Shown here: in pieces, positions 27,602-37,100 of the stretch
Layout of the letters: each line of letters opens with the position of its first letter
Numbering within the stretch: the stretch's first letter is position 1
Source of the DNA: an uncultured Bacteroidota bacterium
Lineage (GTDB): Bacteria > Bacteroidota > Bacteroidia > Chitinophagales > Saprospiraceae
Reading direction: 5' to 3'
Assembly (NCBI GenBank): GCA_942492125.1
Contig: CALODM010000026.1
Location: 169,545 to 233,544 of the forward strand
DNA: 64,000 nucleotides
The notes under the pieces: generated by a model
The model's database searches: none
Told to the model about the DNA's origin: nothing
Seen by the model: only the letters and a program-made list of their open reading frames with translations
Position numbers and translations under genes: made by a program

Positions 27602-29203
27602 TTAAAGGATAGATTCCTGAATAAATGGATTTTTATCCGGATAGTCTGTCGTATAGTGTAACCCTCTGCTCTCTTTCCTGGAGATAGCTGCTCTGCTGAC
27701 CAGGTAAGCGATGGTGATCAAATTCCTCAACTCACACAATTGGGGAGATAAAACCGTTGTAAGATATAACTCTTCTGTTTCCCTGTATAATAATTCCAGA
27801 CGGTCCAGCGCCCGTTTTAATCGGACATTAGACCTGACAATGCCAACGTAACTGCTCATAACCTCTTTCAATTCTTTCAGGCTTTGGGTAATTAAAACCA
27901 TTTCCTGGGGGTCCATTGTTCCGCTGGCATTCCATTCCGGAATTCCTTCAGCAAAAGTTGTATGGTCTATTGTTTTCACGACATCCAGATGAATACGATG
28001 AGCAAATACCAGGGCCTCCAATAAAGAATTCGATGCCAATCTGTTGGCGCCGTGAAGACCCGTACAGGTGCACTCCCCACAAGCATAAAGGTTTTTGATG
28101 GAGGTTCGTCCAGTTTCATTGGTACGGATACCGCCACACATATAATGGCAGGCAGGCACCACAGGGATCATATTTTTAGCGGGATCGATTCCCAGGCTCA
28201 GGCATTTATCAAGAATGGTAGGAAAATGATCCTTGAATGCTTCCATATCCAGATGGCGGCAATCCAGAAACATGCATTCCTCTCCCTGTATCTTCATCTC
28301 ATTATCAATAGCTCTGGCCACAATATCCCTGGGAGCAAGCGATTCTCTCGGATCATATTTTTCCATAAAAGTCCGCTCCTGCCTGTCTTTAAGGATACCG
28401 CCAAATCCCCTCACCGCTTCCGAAACCAAAAACGAAGGATTTTCCCCCGCGGGGTTAAACAAGGCAGTAGGATGGAATTGAACAAACTCCATATTCCCCA
28501 GATGTCCCTTGGCCCGATACATCATGGCAATTCCATCTCCGGAAGCAATTACGGGATTGGTAGTATTCCTGTAAACCTGTCCTGCGCCTCCCGTAGCCAC
28601 GACTATTTGCCGGGCCAGGATGGTTTCCATTTCCCTGGTTTCCTTATTCAATACGTACGCCCCGTAACATTCTATATTTTCGGTAAGCCTGGTAACCGTA
28701 TATCCCAGATGGTGCTGGGTAATAAAATCTACGGCAAAATAATGTTCATTTATCTCCAGGTTAGCCATGGCGTCAGCCTTAGCCAGCAATGCACGTTGTA
28801 TTTCCCAACCTGTCAGATCCTTGTAATGCAATATCCTGTTTTCCGAGTGTCCGCCTTCCCTTCCCAGGTCGTATTTATTGGCGTCATTTTTATCAAACCG
28901 GGTACCCCAATCAATGATCTCCCGCACCCTTTGAGGGCCCTCGGAGGTGACGATCTCCACTGCTTTTACATTGCAAAGACCATCCCCGGCGTCCAGCGTA
29001 TCTTCAACGTGTTTTTGAAAAGAATCTGAATCATCGTTCCATACTGCCGCAACGCCTCCCTGAGCATATCTTGTATTACTTTCGTTCTCATTTGTTTTGG
29101 TGAGTACCGTAATTTTGAGATCCTTACGCTTTTCAGCTATCTTGATAGCAGTAGTCAACCCGCCAATTCCGGCTCCAATAACCAGGATATCTGTTCTCTT
29201 CAT
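27602..29203 (-). CDS. nadB: L-aspartate oxidase
   Basis: 533 aa. The FAD-binding motif is DILVIGAGIGGLTTA. Also present are AQGGVAAV, HPTAL and GLHGANRLASNSLLE, typical of NadB and the fumarate-reductase flavoprotein family. Confidence 0.9.
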   Translation of the reverse strand: MKRTDILVIGAGIGGLTTAIKIAEKRKDLKITVLTKTNENESNTRYAQGGVAAVWNDDSDSFQKHVEDTLDAGDGLCNVKAVEIVTSEGPQRVREIIDWGTRFDKNDANKYDLGREGGHSENRILHYKDLTGWEIQRALLAKADAMANLEINEHYFAVDFITQHHLGYTVTRLTENIECYGAYVLNKETREMETILARQIVVATGGAGQVYRNTTNPVIASGDGIAMMYRAKGHLGNMEFVQFHPTALFNPAGENPSFLVSEAVRGFGGILKDRQERTFMEKYDPRESLAPRDIVARAIDNEMKIQGEECMFLDCRHLDMEAFKDHFPTILDKCLSLGIDPAKNMIPVVPACHYMCGGIRTNETGRTSIKNLYACGECTCTGLHGANRLASNSLLEALVFAHRIHLDVVKTIDHTTFAEGIPEWNASGTMDPQEMVLITQSLKELKEVMSSYVGIVRSNVRLKRALDRLELLYRETEELYLTTVLSPQLCELRNLITIAYLVSRAAISRKESRGLHYTTDYPDKNPFIQESIL

Positions 29204-29373
29204 TTTCTATAGTTTTAAGTTGAGAGCATCTTAAATGAATGACCTGCAAATATGTCGCAAGATAACTAAATTCATATTGCTGTTCCTCATTAGACCATAT
29301 ACAATTGAACCCGTTTTTCAGATAAAATATCGCTAATTTCCCGGGAAACGGTCAAAAGCAGGCTGCCGGCAAA

Positions 29374-29389
29374 TGTGACCTTTGTCACC
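29374..29389. promoter_or_regulatory. CRP/FNR-like palindrome in the nadB / sulP divergent intergenic region
   Basis: TGTGA-CCTTTG-TCACC matches 9 of 10 positions of TGTGA-N6-TCACA. Confidence 0.25.
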
Positions 29390-29478
29390 AAAAAAAAAGA
29401 GCGCTTTAAATATCTTCGTGGCCAAATCGAACTACCTAAAAAAACAACCGTAAATTTATACGGTTCAATGCTATTTCA

Positions 29479-31217
29479 ATGAAAATCAAAGAATTTAACC
29501 CAATCACTGATTGGTTCCCGACTTATGAAAAAAAGGATTTAAAAGGTGACCTTGCTGCTGGTTTGACGGTTGGCGTTATGCTCATACCTCAAGGAATGGC
29601 TTATGCGATGATCGCCGGGTTACCGCCGATCTTCGGGCTTTATGCCTCAACCATTCCCATTATCATATATGCTATTTTCGGTACTTCCCGGCAATTAGCA
29701 GTTGGCCCAGTAGCCATGGTATCCTTACTGACAGCCACAGGAATTGGTGCTATGGTTCCCGATGCCGGAATGGAGACTACATTGCCCTGGCAATAGCTCT
29801 TTCACTATTCGTAGGACTCATCCAGTTTTTACTGGGCGTTTTCCGGTTGGGATTTCTGGTCAACTTTCTTTCCCACCCGGTTATTAGCGGTTTTACATCT
29901 GCTGCAGCACTGATCATTGGTCTGAGCCAACTGAAGCATTTACTCGGAGTGGATATTCCACGAAGTCACCATATTCATGAGATCCTGCTTGGTGCTGTTG
30001 AAAAATTCGATATTGGCCAGTGGCCTACGATCCTGTTGGCGCTGGGCGGCATTGCCGTTATCGTTGGAATCAAAAAAATCAGCAAAGCCATACCGGGCAC
30101 TTTAGTAGCTGTAATTTTAGGAGTATTGGTTGTCTGGGCCTTCGGGATGAATAATATGGGAGTAAAAATCGTTGGAGAAGTACCTTCTGGATTACCTAAA
30201 TTTGGAATTCCAACCTTTGATACCGCTGTTATTTCTGAACTGCTTGTAATTGCCCTGACCATTTCGCTGGTCAGTTTTATGGAAAGTATTGCTGTTGCCA
30301 AGGCCATTCAGGCCAAACACAAAAATTACGAAGTAGTGCCTAATCAGGAATTGATTGCACTGGGATTAGCCAATATTGGTGGTGCATTCTTCCAGTCTTA
30401 TCCGGTCACCGGGGGATTTTCAAGAACGGCAGTAAACGACCAGGCAGGAGCCAAAACCGGGTTAGCAGGCATTATCAGTGCATTGTTGATCATCATCACC
30501 CTGATGTTCCTGACACCTTTGTTTTATTTCCTGCCCAAAGCGATCCTGGCCTCTGTGATCATGGTAGCGGTTTTTGGCCTGATTGACGTAAAAGAAGCCA
30601 GACACCTTTGGAAAAGCAACCGTACCGATTTTTGGATGTTGATTGTAACCTTTATCGGTACATTATCGCTCGGGATCGAACAGGGAATAGCCCTGGGAGT
30701 CGTGCTGTCCCTGGTAATGGTTATTTTCAGGACCACCAGACCACATATTGCAGAACTTGGCAAAGTTCCCGGGACGCATTTTTACCGTAATGTGGAAAGG
30801 TTCGAAAACCTGGAAGAACGCCCGGAATTACTCATCATGCGTTTCGATGCACAATTGTACTTTGCCAATGTCAACTATTTCAAAGACAATCTTTATAAAA
30901 TGAGCACACGAAAGTGCGACACCCTTGAGCTCATCATTCTTGATTGTGAAGCAATGAACAACATCGACAGCAGCGCGGTACATGCCATTGATGACCTTAT
31001 GGACGACTATAATTCCAGAGGCATCGAAGTGGTTTTCTCAGGCGTAAAAGGTCCGGTAAGGGATGCCCTGCGAAAAGGAAACCTCACCGGTAAGATCGGA
31101 GAAGATGCTTTTTTCATGAGTATCCAGGAAGCCGTAGATTGTTTTGATGAAAAATGTACATCAGGATTAGAAAAGCAACCCAAATTTTCCCAATATACCC
31201 TTCAATCAGATGCCTGA
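29479..31217 (+). pseudogene. SulP-family anion transporter with STAS domain, interrupted by a -1 frameshift
   Basis: ORF 29479-29796 encodes [31 protein letters not shown]... and stops at TAG 29794. The conserved continuation [44 protein letters not shown] is in frame 0 from about 29769. The junction is near GGAAT (29767-29771). The C-terminal STAS region is LIMRFDAQLYFAN...ILDCEAMNNIDSSA. Confidence 0.7.
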
Positions 31218-31804
31218 ATACAATAGTGAATGGACGCTTTTTCTCGATAGAGACGGGGTTATCAATAAGCGACTGCCCGGGAAATATGTGAGGAAAATTG
31301 AAGAATTCGAATTTCTCCCCCTGGTGCCTCAAGCTATTGCCAGGTTCTCCCTGATATTCGGGCGGATCATAGTGGTGACCAATCAACAAGGTATTGGAAA
31401 ACAACTGATGACAGAAGCTGAACTTGAAGTAGTTCACAAATTCATGTTCCAGGAAATTGAAAAGTCCGGAGGAATCGTGGAAGCGGTTTATTTTTGCCCG
31501 GATCTTAAAACCGACGCCAACCCCTGCCGAAAACCCTCCCCCTGTCATGGGACTTTGGGCACAATCCGATTTCCCTGAGATCAACTTTAAAAAGGCCGTA
31601 ATGGTTGGAGACTCCCTCTGTGACATCCAATTCGGGAAAACGCTGAAAATGGAAACCGTTTTGGTGGAAAACAACAGCGAGGAAATGAAGAAAATTCTGG
31701 AATTGGAAAAAGCAGATCACCAGTTTCGGGTCGACCGTAAAGTTTCAGGTCTTTGGGAACTGGCCGAACAAATCGAAAGTGAATTTCAACAAAAAAAGAA
31801 ATAA
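31210..31804 (+). pseudogene. gmhB: HAD-IIIA phosphatase (GmhB / D,D-heptose-1,7-bisphosphate phosphatase-like), interrupted by a +1 frameshift in a C5 run
   Basis: Frame 1 has FLDRDGVIN, VVTNQ and CRKPSP. Frame 2 continues VMGLWAQ...VMVGDSLCDIQFG (the GDxxxD motif). Removing one C from CCCCC (31538-31542) restores CRKPSPVMGLW. The start ATG overlaps the sulP stop (ATGCCTGA). Confidence 0.65.
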
Positions 31805-32790
31805 TCCTTTCCACTTTGCTTACCCCATTGATTTAACCGGGATTTAATGGCCTGCTGATCCTCAGGATTGCCGACCGCTATAATGATTTGTGGATTTTCC
31901 AGTCCTTTAATGATCTCAAAAGACTCAAAAGGTACGCCATAAACGTGGTGCCCCCATTTGGAAGGGCTGTTGCAAACCCAGTGAAATAACTGATTGTTAT
32001 CCCCCAGCATCTGGGCCAGAGTCTTTCCTTTTTTACCTGCCCCCCAAAGCACCAGGGGTCTTTCAGCCCGGCGATCCAATTCCAGGAACCACGGTAATTT
32101 TAATTTAAAATATTGCTGATTGGCATAATGAGGATCATTCCTGGAACTTCTGCCATCGTGATCCCGCCAATAATGCAGCGTTTCCTGACTTCCAATAACT
32201 TTAAGTCCATTTTTATAAAACCTGAACACCAGATCATAATCTTCAGGATATACTTCCGGATCAAAAGCTTCACAGTCATCCAGGTCTTCCCGCCAAACCA
32301 TCCAGCAAGGAGAAGGGATCACACATTCCCGGTATATTTCGTCAAAGTGATTCACCGTATCCACGAGACTATTTAACCAGTTTTCATATCTAAGATAACC
32401 GCCACCCAGGGTGTTTTCTGAAATATACCTGACCTTTCCGGTAGCCAGCGTTCTCTTCCCGTTAGTCAGCAGCGTTTGTTTTAGATCTTTCAACTTATCC
32501 TTAGCCATCACATCATCAGCATCCATTCTGGTGACCAAACGGCCCGAGCTGTGGGCGTAGGCCAAACGCAGTGCCGGAATAATTCCCTTGGCGGTATTCT
32601 GTAAAACAACAATCCTGTTATCCTTTGAAGCATAAGATTCCAGGATCGCTCCGCTATCATCATCGGAGAAGTCATTTACGGCCAGCAATTCCCAATTTTC
32701 GGTTGTTTGACGTAAAATAGAGTCCACGCATTCCCGGAGGTAAGGCATCGCGTTAAAAACCGGAAGTAATATGCTTATTTTAGGATCCAT
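31786..32790 (-). CDS. Family 2 glycosyltransferase
   Basis: 334 aa. ISILLPVFNAMPYLRECVDSILRQT...LLAVNDFSDDDS...MDADD shows the GT2 DxD-type motifs. Confidence 0.8.
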   Translation of the reverse strand: MDPKISILLPVFNAMPYLRECVDSILRQTTENWELLAVNDFSDDDSGAILESYASKDNRIVVLQNTAKGIIPALRLAYAHSSGRLVTRMDADDVMAKDKLKDLKQTLLTNGKRTLATGKVRYISENTLGGGYLRYENWLNSLVDTVNHFDEIYRECVIPSPCWMVWREDLDDCEAFDPEVYPEDYDLVFRFYKNGLKVIGSQETLHYWRDHDGRSSRNDPHYANQQYFKLKLPWFLELDRRAERPLVLWGAGKKGKTLAQMLGDNNQLFHWVCNSPSKWGHHVYGVPFESFEIIKGLENPQIIIAVGNPEDQQAIKSRLNQWGKQSGKDYFFFC

Positions 32791-32799
32791 ACTGTCAGG

Positions 32800-33891
32800 T
32801 TATTCCTCCCATCTAATCTTGCCAACTTTACGGTTACCCGCCACCCACGCCGTCCGGTAACTGCTTCCAAAGCGGATCGTATAAAAAGCGGCATCATCGA
32901 GTGGTTGCCAGGAATTACCGCCATCTTTGGACCAGGATGTTCCCGGAATTCCGGTGGCCAGTAATAATTTACCTGCTCCATCAGGGGCATAACGTACACA
33001 GGAACGATATCCCGGATAAAATCCTTCTGATGCCAGATACCAGGAATGTCCACCATCATTGGTCAGTGCCTTATTTTTCGTATTTTGATCCTGCTGCTCC
33101 CAGTTCCCGCCAAAAATGATACCGTTATTTTCATCCCAAAAATGTGCCGTAAAAATACCTGTCATTTGTCCACCAGCGACAATTGGCGTATCGTAAACCT
33201 GCCAGCTATTCCCTCGGTCAGCCGAATGGAATACCCGGGCTCTGGCTCCTCCGGTGGCGATCCACACATTATCGCCATATACCGAAATATTGGAATTACT
33301 GGCAGCAAAAGCTGCTTCCCCTTCGGCAGCAGGTGGCAAATCGGAACAATCAATTTTTTGCCAGTTCTCCCCACCATCCCTGGTGACAATTACCGACAAA
33401 CACCCGTCCGTAGGATCTCCCATAGCTATGCCCTCCTGGTCATCCCAAAAAACCATGGCATCATAGAAAGCAGCAGGATGGTCTTCGCGATAAACAATGT
33501 CCCAGTTTTTGCCATTATCCACTGATCGGTACAATAAAGCAGGGGAAGCAATACATAATAAAAAAACAGCCTCCCCGGTTACCGCGATAGCTCTGAAATG
33601 AGGGATCAGGGTATCCGTCTTTATGCTGTCAATTGTCCAGGTTTGTCCACTGTTTTCTGTATATCCAAATACACCTCCTGATCCGGCAAACCAAACCGTT
33701 TGATCATCGACCACCTCCAACGCTCTGATACTGGACTGAACGGGAAAAGTGTCAATACGGCTTATAGTTAGTGTGTCCGGGAAATTTTGGGTCGGTTCCG
33801 TTGCTTCCCCTTCATATTTACACCCTGTCAGAAAAAAAAAGATGATATTTAGCAGGAAGAAAAACCTTATTAATGCATTGAAATATTTCAT
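32800..33891 (-). CDS. BNR/Asp-box repeat beta-propeller lipoprotein (Ycf48/sialidase-like fold)
   Basis: 363 aa. The lipobox-like sequence is FFLTGC. There are six or more Asp-box repeats: SGQTW, DNGKNW, DGGENW, DRGNSW, DGGHSW, DGGNSW. Confidence 0.7.
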   Translation of the reverse strand: MKYFNALIRFFFLLNIIFFFLTGCKYEGEATEPTQNFPDTLTISRIDTFPVQSSIRALEVVDDQTVWFAGSGGVFGYTENSGQTWTIDSIKTDTLIPHFRAIAVTGEAVFLLCIASPALLYRSVDNGKNWDIVYREDHPAAFYDAMVFWDDQEGIAMGDPTDGCLSVIVTRDGGENWQKIDCSDLPPAAEGEAAFAASNSNISVYGDNVWIATGGARARVFHSADRGNSWQVYDTPIVAGGQMTGIFTAHFWDENNGIIFGGNWEQQDQNTKNKALTNDGGHSWYLASEGFYPGYRSCVRYAPDGAGKLLLATGIPGTSWSKDGGNSWQPLDDAAFYTIRFGSSYRTAWVAGNRKVGKIRWEE

Positions 33892-34166
33892 GGTCAGTAA
33901 TATTTGTGCCCGGGCAATTCAATTCAAAAAGGCAAAATAAGGAAGATGAACCAGAATCTGGCAATTCGTATGCCTGTGGAATTCAAAATTTTGTAAATAT
34001 TTCTTAATATTGTTACCAGATGAAATATATCCCGAAGGCATTTGCCTGTTCATCTTTCGCAACGGAACATACTGGAAACTTACCCCGGCAGATCCTGCTT
34101 CTTTTCTGAGGATCAAGTTAATTTGAATTACGCTGTTCCTTCATGATACCAAAAACTGATTAAAAG

Positions 34167-37100
34167 ATGACCAAAAACTTACACCACAACGTTTTATTGC
34201 TGGCTACCCTTTTGGGTTCAGCTGTTTTCCTGAATTTTTCAAACATTCCATTAGCGCACAAAAACAAGACAACGGCTGTTATAGCTCTTTATGCCTCTGA
34301 TGTGGAGGCATTGAACTGCTGGTCGCGAACGGCTGGTCCGCTTGCTGCTTCAACAGGAGATTTAAACATTTCCATAATATCCTCAACCAACCTCAGTTGT
34401 TTCCTCGCCAATGATGGAGCAGCAACTGCCCTTGCGACAGGAGGTAGTGGCAATTATACTTATTTGTGGTCTGATGGACAAACTACAGCTAGCGTTACAA
34501 ATTTAGGGGCAGGATTTTACGGGGTAACAGCAACGGACGTTGCAGATGGAAATTCCGTAAGTACCTCGATTACCATTTCGCAGCCACAACCTTTGAATCT
34601 AACCGTTACGGTAATTTCCGAAGTCAACTGTTTCCATCCGACGGGTACAGCCCTTGCCGTAGTATCCGGTGGGACGGCTGACTATCAATACCTTTGGGAA
34701 AACGGGGAAACCACTCCTTCTGCCACCAATTTAAACCCGGGAATGCAAACTGCTACGGTTACCGACGCGAATGGTTGTATTGAAATTGATCAGTTCACGA
34801 TGCCCGAAAACATTGTGGAGCCCGTCGCCAGTGCAGGAGATGACGTTGCACAGGATTGCAACCATCCGGGACCTCAGTTTACGCTCGACGGTTCCTTGTC
34901 CTCCGAAGGCCCTGAATACTCCTATTTTTGGTTTACAACTAATGGTAATATCGTTTCCGACCTAACCACACAATACCCGATAGTTAATGAGCTGGGTACC
35001 TATACGCTAATGGTTACCAATAACACTAACGGTTGTTCTTCAACAGATGAAGTGGAGGTATATGAAAACTTTGAAACCCCCTTGGCTTTTGCCGGCCCCT
35101 CTGTAGCCATATGCGAAGGTGATTGTCATACATTAACAGCCACAGCAATGGGAGGCAGTATCCCATATACTTATAGCTGGGCAGGTGGTTTGGGGGCTTC
35201 CCCTTCCATCGAAGTTTGTCCAACCGAAACGACAAATTACACCGTAACTGTTACAGGTTCCAACGGCTGTTCTTCAGCGGGTCAGGTAACTGTTTTTGTC
35301 AATGCCAATCCAAGCCTGGAAGTTCACTCTATTGATTGTTCACCGGATGTGCTTACCTACTCCGTTAGTGTGATTTCTGATGGCGATGAAATAACCGCTT
35401 CTTTAGGAAATATTGCCAACCTGGGTAATGGGTTTTATGCCATCGATAATATTCCTGCCGATTCAGCCTCCGTAACGATTACCGCAGTAGTAGACAATAC
35501 TTCCTGTTTTGCCGAATTGATTATTGAATCGCCGCAATGTGGCTGCCCGGATATTCTTTCTCCGGAAGTCTCCGGTAATACCGTCATTTGTGAGGGTATG
35601 CCTTTACAGCCTTTATTTGCCGAGGCTCCGGAAGGTATGGTGGTAGATTGGTTTGATGAAGCTGTCGGAGGCAATCTTTTACTGGGGGAATCAACCGAGT
35701 TTCTTCCTTCCGCCCCTGGAACGTATTATGCGCAAAGCAGAGAACCTTCCACGGATTGCACCAGTGAAGAGCGGACGCCAATTACCGTCATGATCCAGCA
35801 AACTCCTGAAGTTATTATTTTACAGGATGGTAATTTTTGTGAAGATGATTGCACCTTGCTAACGGTCATGGGTGGACAATTCAGCTCCTATGATTGGACA
35901 ACTGGTCAGACTACCCAAAGCATCTTCATCTGTTCAGCCGGAACTTATAGTGTTACAGCCACCGACTTTAATGGATGTCATGGGGAGGCGTCCATTGATA
36001 TTGTACCTTTGGAGACTCCCACAGCGGATGCAGGGATTGATTTTGTGCTCAATTGTCTTGATCAGGAAATTACTATTGGAGGAGAAAATTCGACGACAGG
36101 CACCAATATCGACTATATCTGGTCTAATGGAGCCACGACACCCACTCAAACGATCAACACACCGGGAGAATATTTTCTCACCGTCGTTAATAACACAACC
36201 TTTTGTTTTGATGTGGACCTGGTGGTGATTACCCAGGAAGCTGATTTCCCGGAAGCCAATGCGGGGGAGGACACTTGTATCCCCTGCGATACGGGAGCTG
36301 CGTTGCTGAGCACTTCAGTTGCTAATGATAATGAAACACTTCAATGGTCTTTTATGGATCAAATAATATCCAACAATCCCACTGTTTTTGTATCAGATAC
36401 CGGGCTTTATATCCTGCAAGTCACCAACATTCCGACGGGTTGCTCCGATACAGATACCGTCAGGGTGGATATTTGTTCTTATCCTGAAATTGCGATTGCC
36501 TCCTTTTCAGATGTTTTGTGTAATGGCGAAAATACCGGTGCCGTTTCATTTTCCGTTTCAGGAGGAACGGCTCCTTACACATTCGAAGGATTAGTCCTGG
36601 AAAATAATGACCTGCCCGCAGGAAGTTATCACTTTTCGGCGACCGATGCTTCCGGTTGTACGGTTGACACTATTATTGTTGTAAGCGAACCTGCCCCCAT
36701 CAGTATCGCTACTTCCGTTACGGCAGAATCCGGTATTGGCCTGAATGATGGTTCTGCATCAGCTGTGGCCCTGGGTGGAACACCCGGGTATAATTTTCTG
36801 TGGAGCAATGGAGCGAACACCCCCAGTATCAGTAATTTGGCCCCTGGCAATTATTTTCTGACGGTAACTGATGCCAATGGCTGTACCAAAGAGACCTCGG
36901 TGACCGTAGAGGGTTTTGATTGTATTGAAATGAATGTCTCCATATCCGGAACTGGTATAATTTGTCCGGGCAGCAATGCAGGGTCGCTTCAGGTTACTGT
37001 GGACAATGGAGGCACAGGTCCTTTTACCTTCTTGTGGTCAACGGGTAGCCAGGATCAACAGATCCTTGAACTTGGCGCCGGGATTTATTCCTGTACCGTT

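Noticed and set aside
28052-29029. 325-aa + strand ORF inside nadB. Similar long antisense ORFs occur at 4279-5004 (241 aa, in the OmpA-family gene) and 39394-40098 (234 aa, in the LtaS-like gene).
   Set aside because: In all three cases the antisense ORF is in the codon-aligned complementary frame; I checked the coordinates modulo 3. In that frame, stops arise only from sense codons TTA, CTA and TCA. The translated sequences are low-complexity and rich in Ser, Pro, Arg, Phe and Cys. The sense-strand genes have unmistakable family motifs. This is a classic shadow-ORF artefact.
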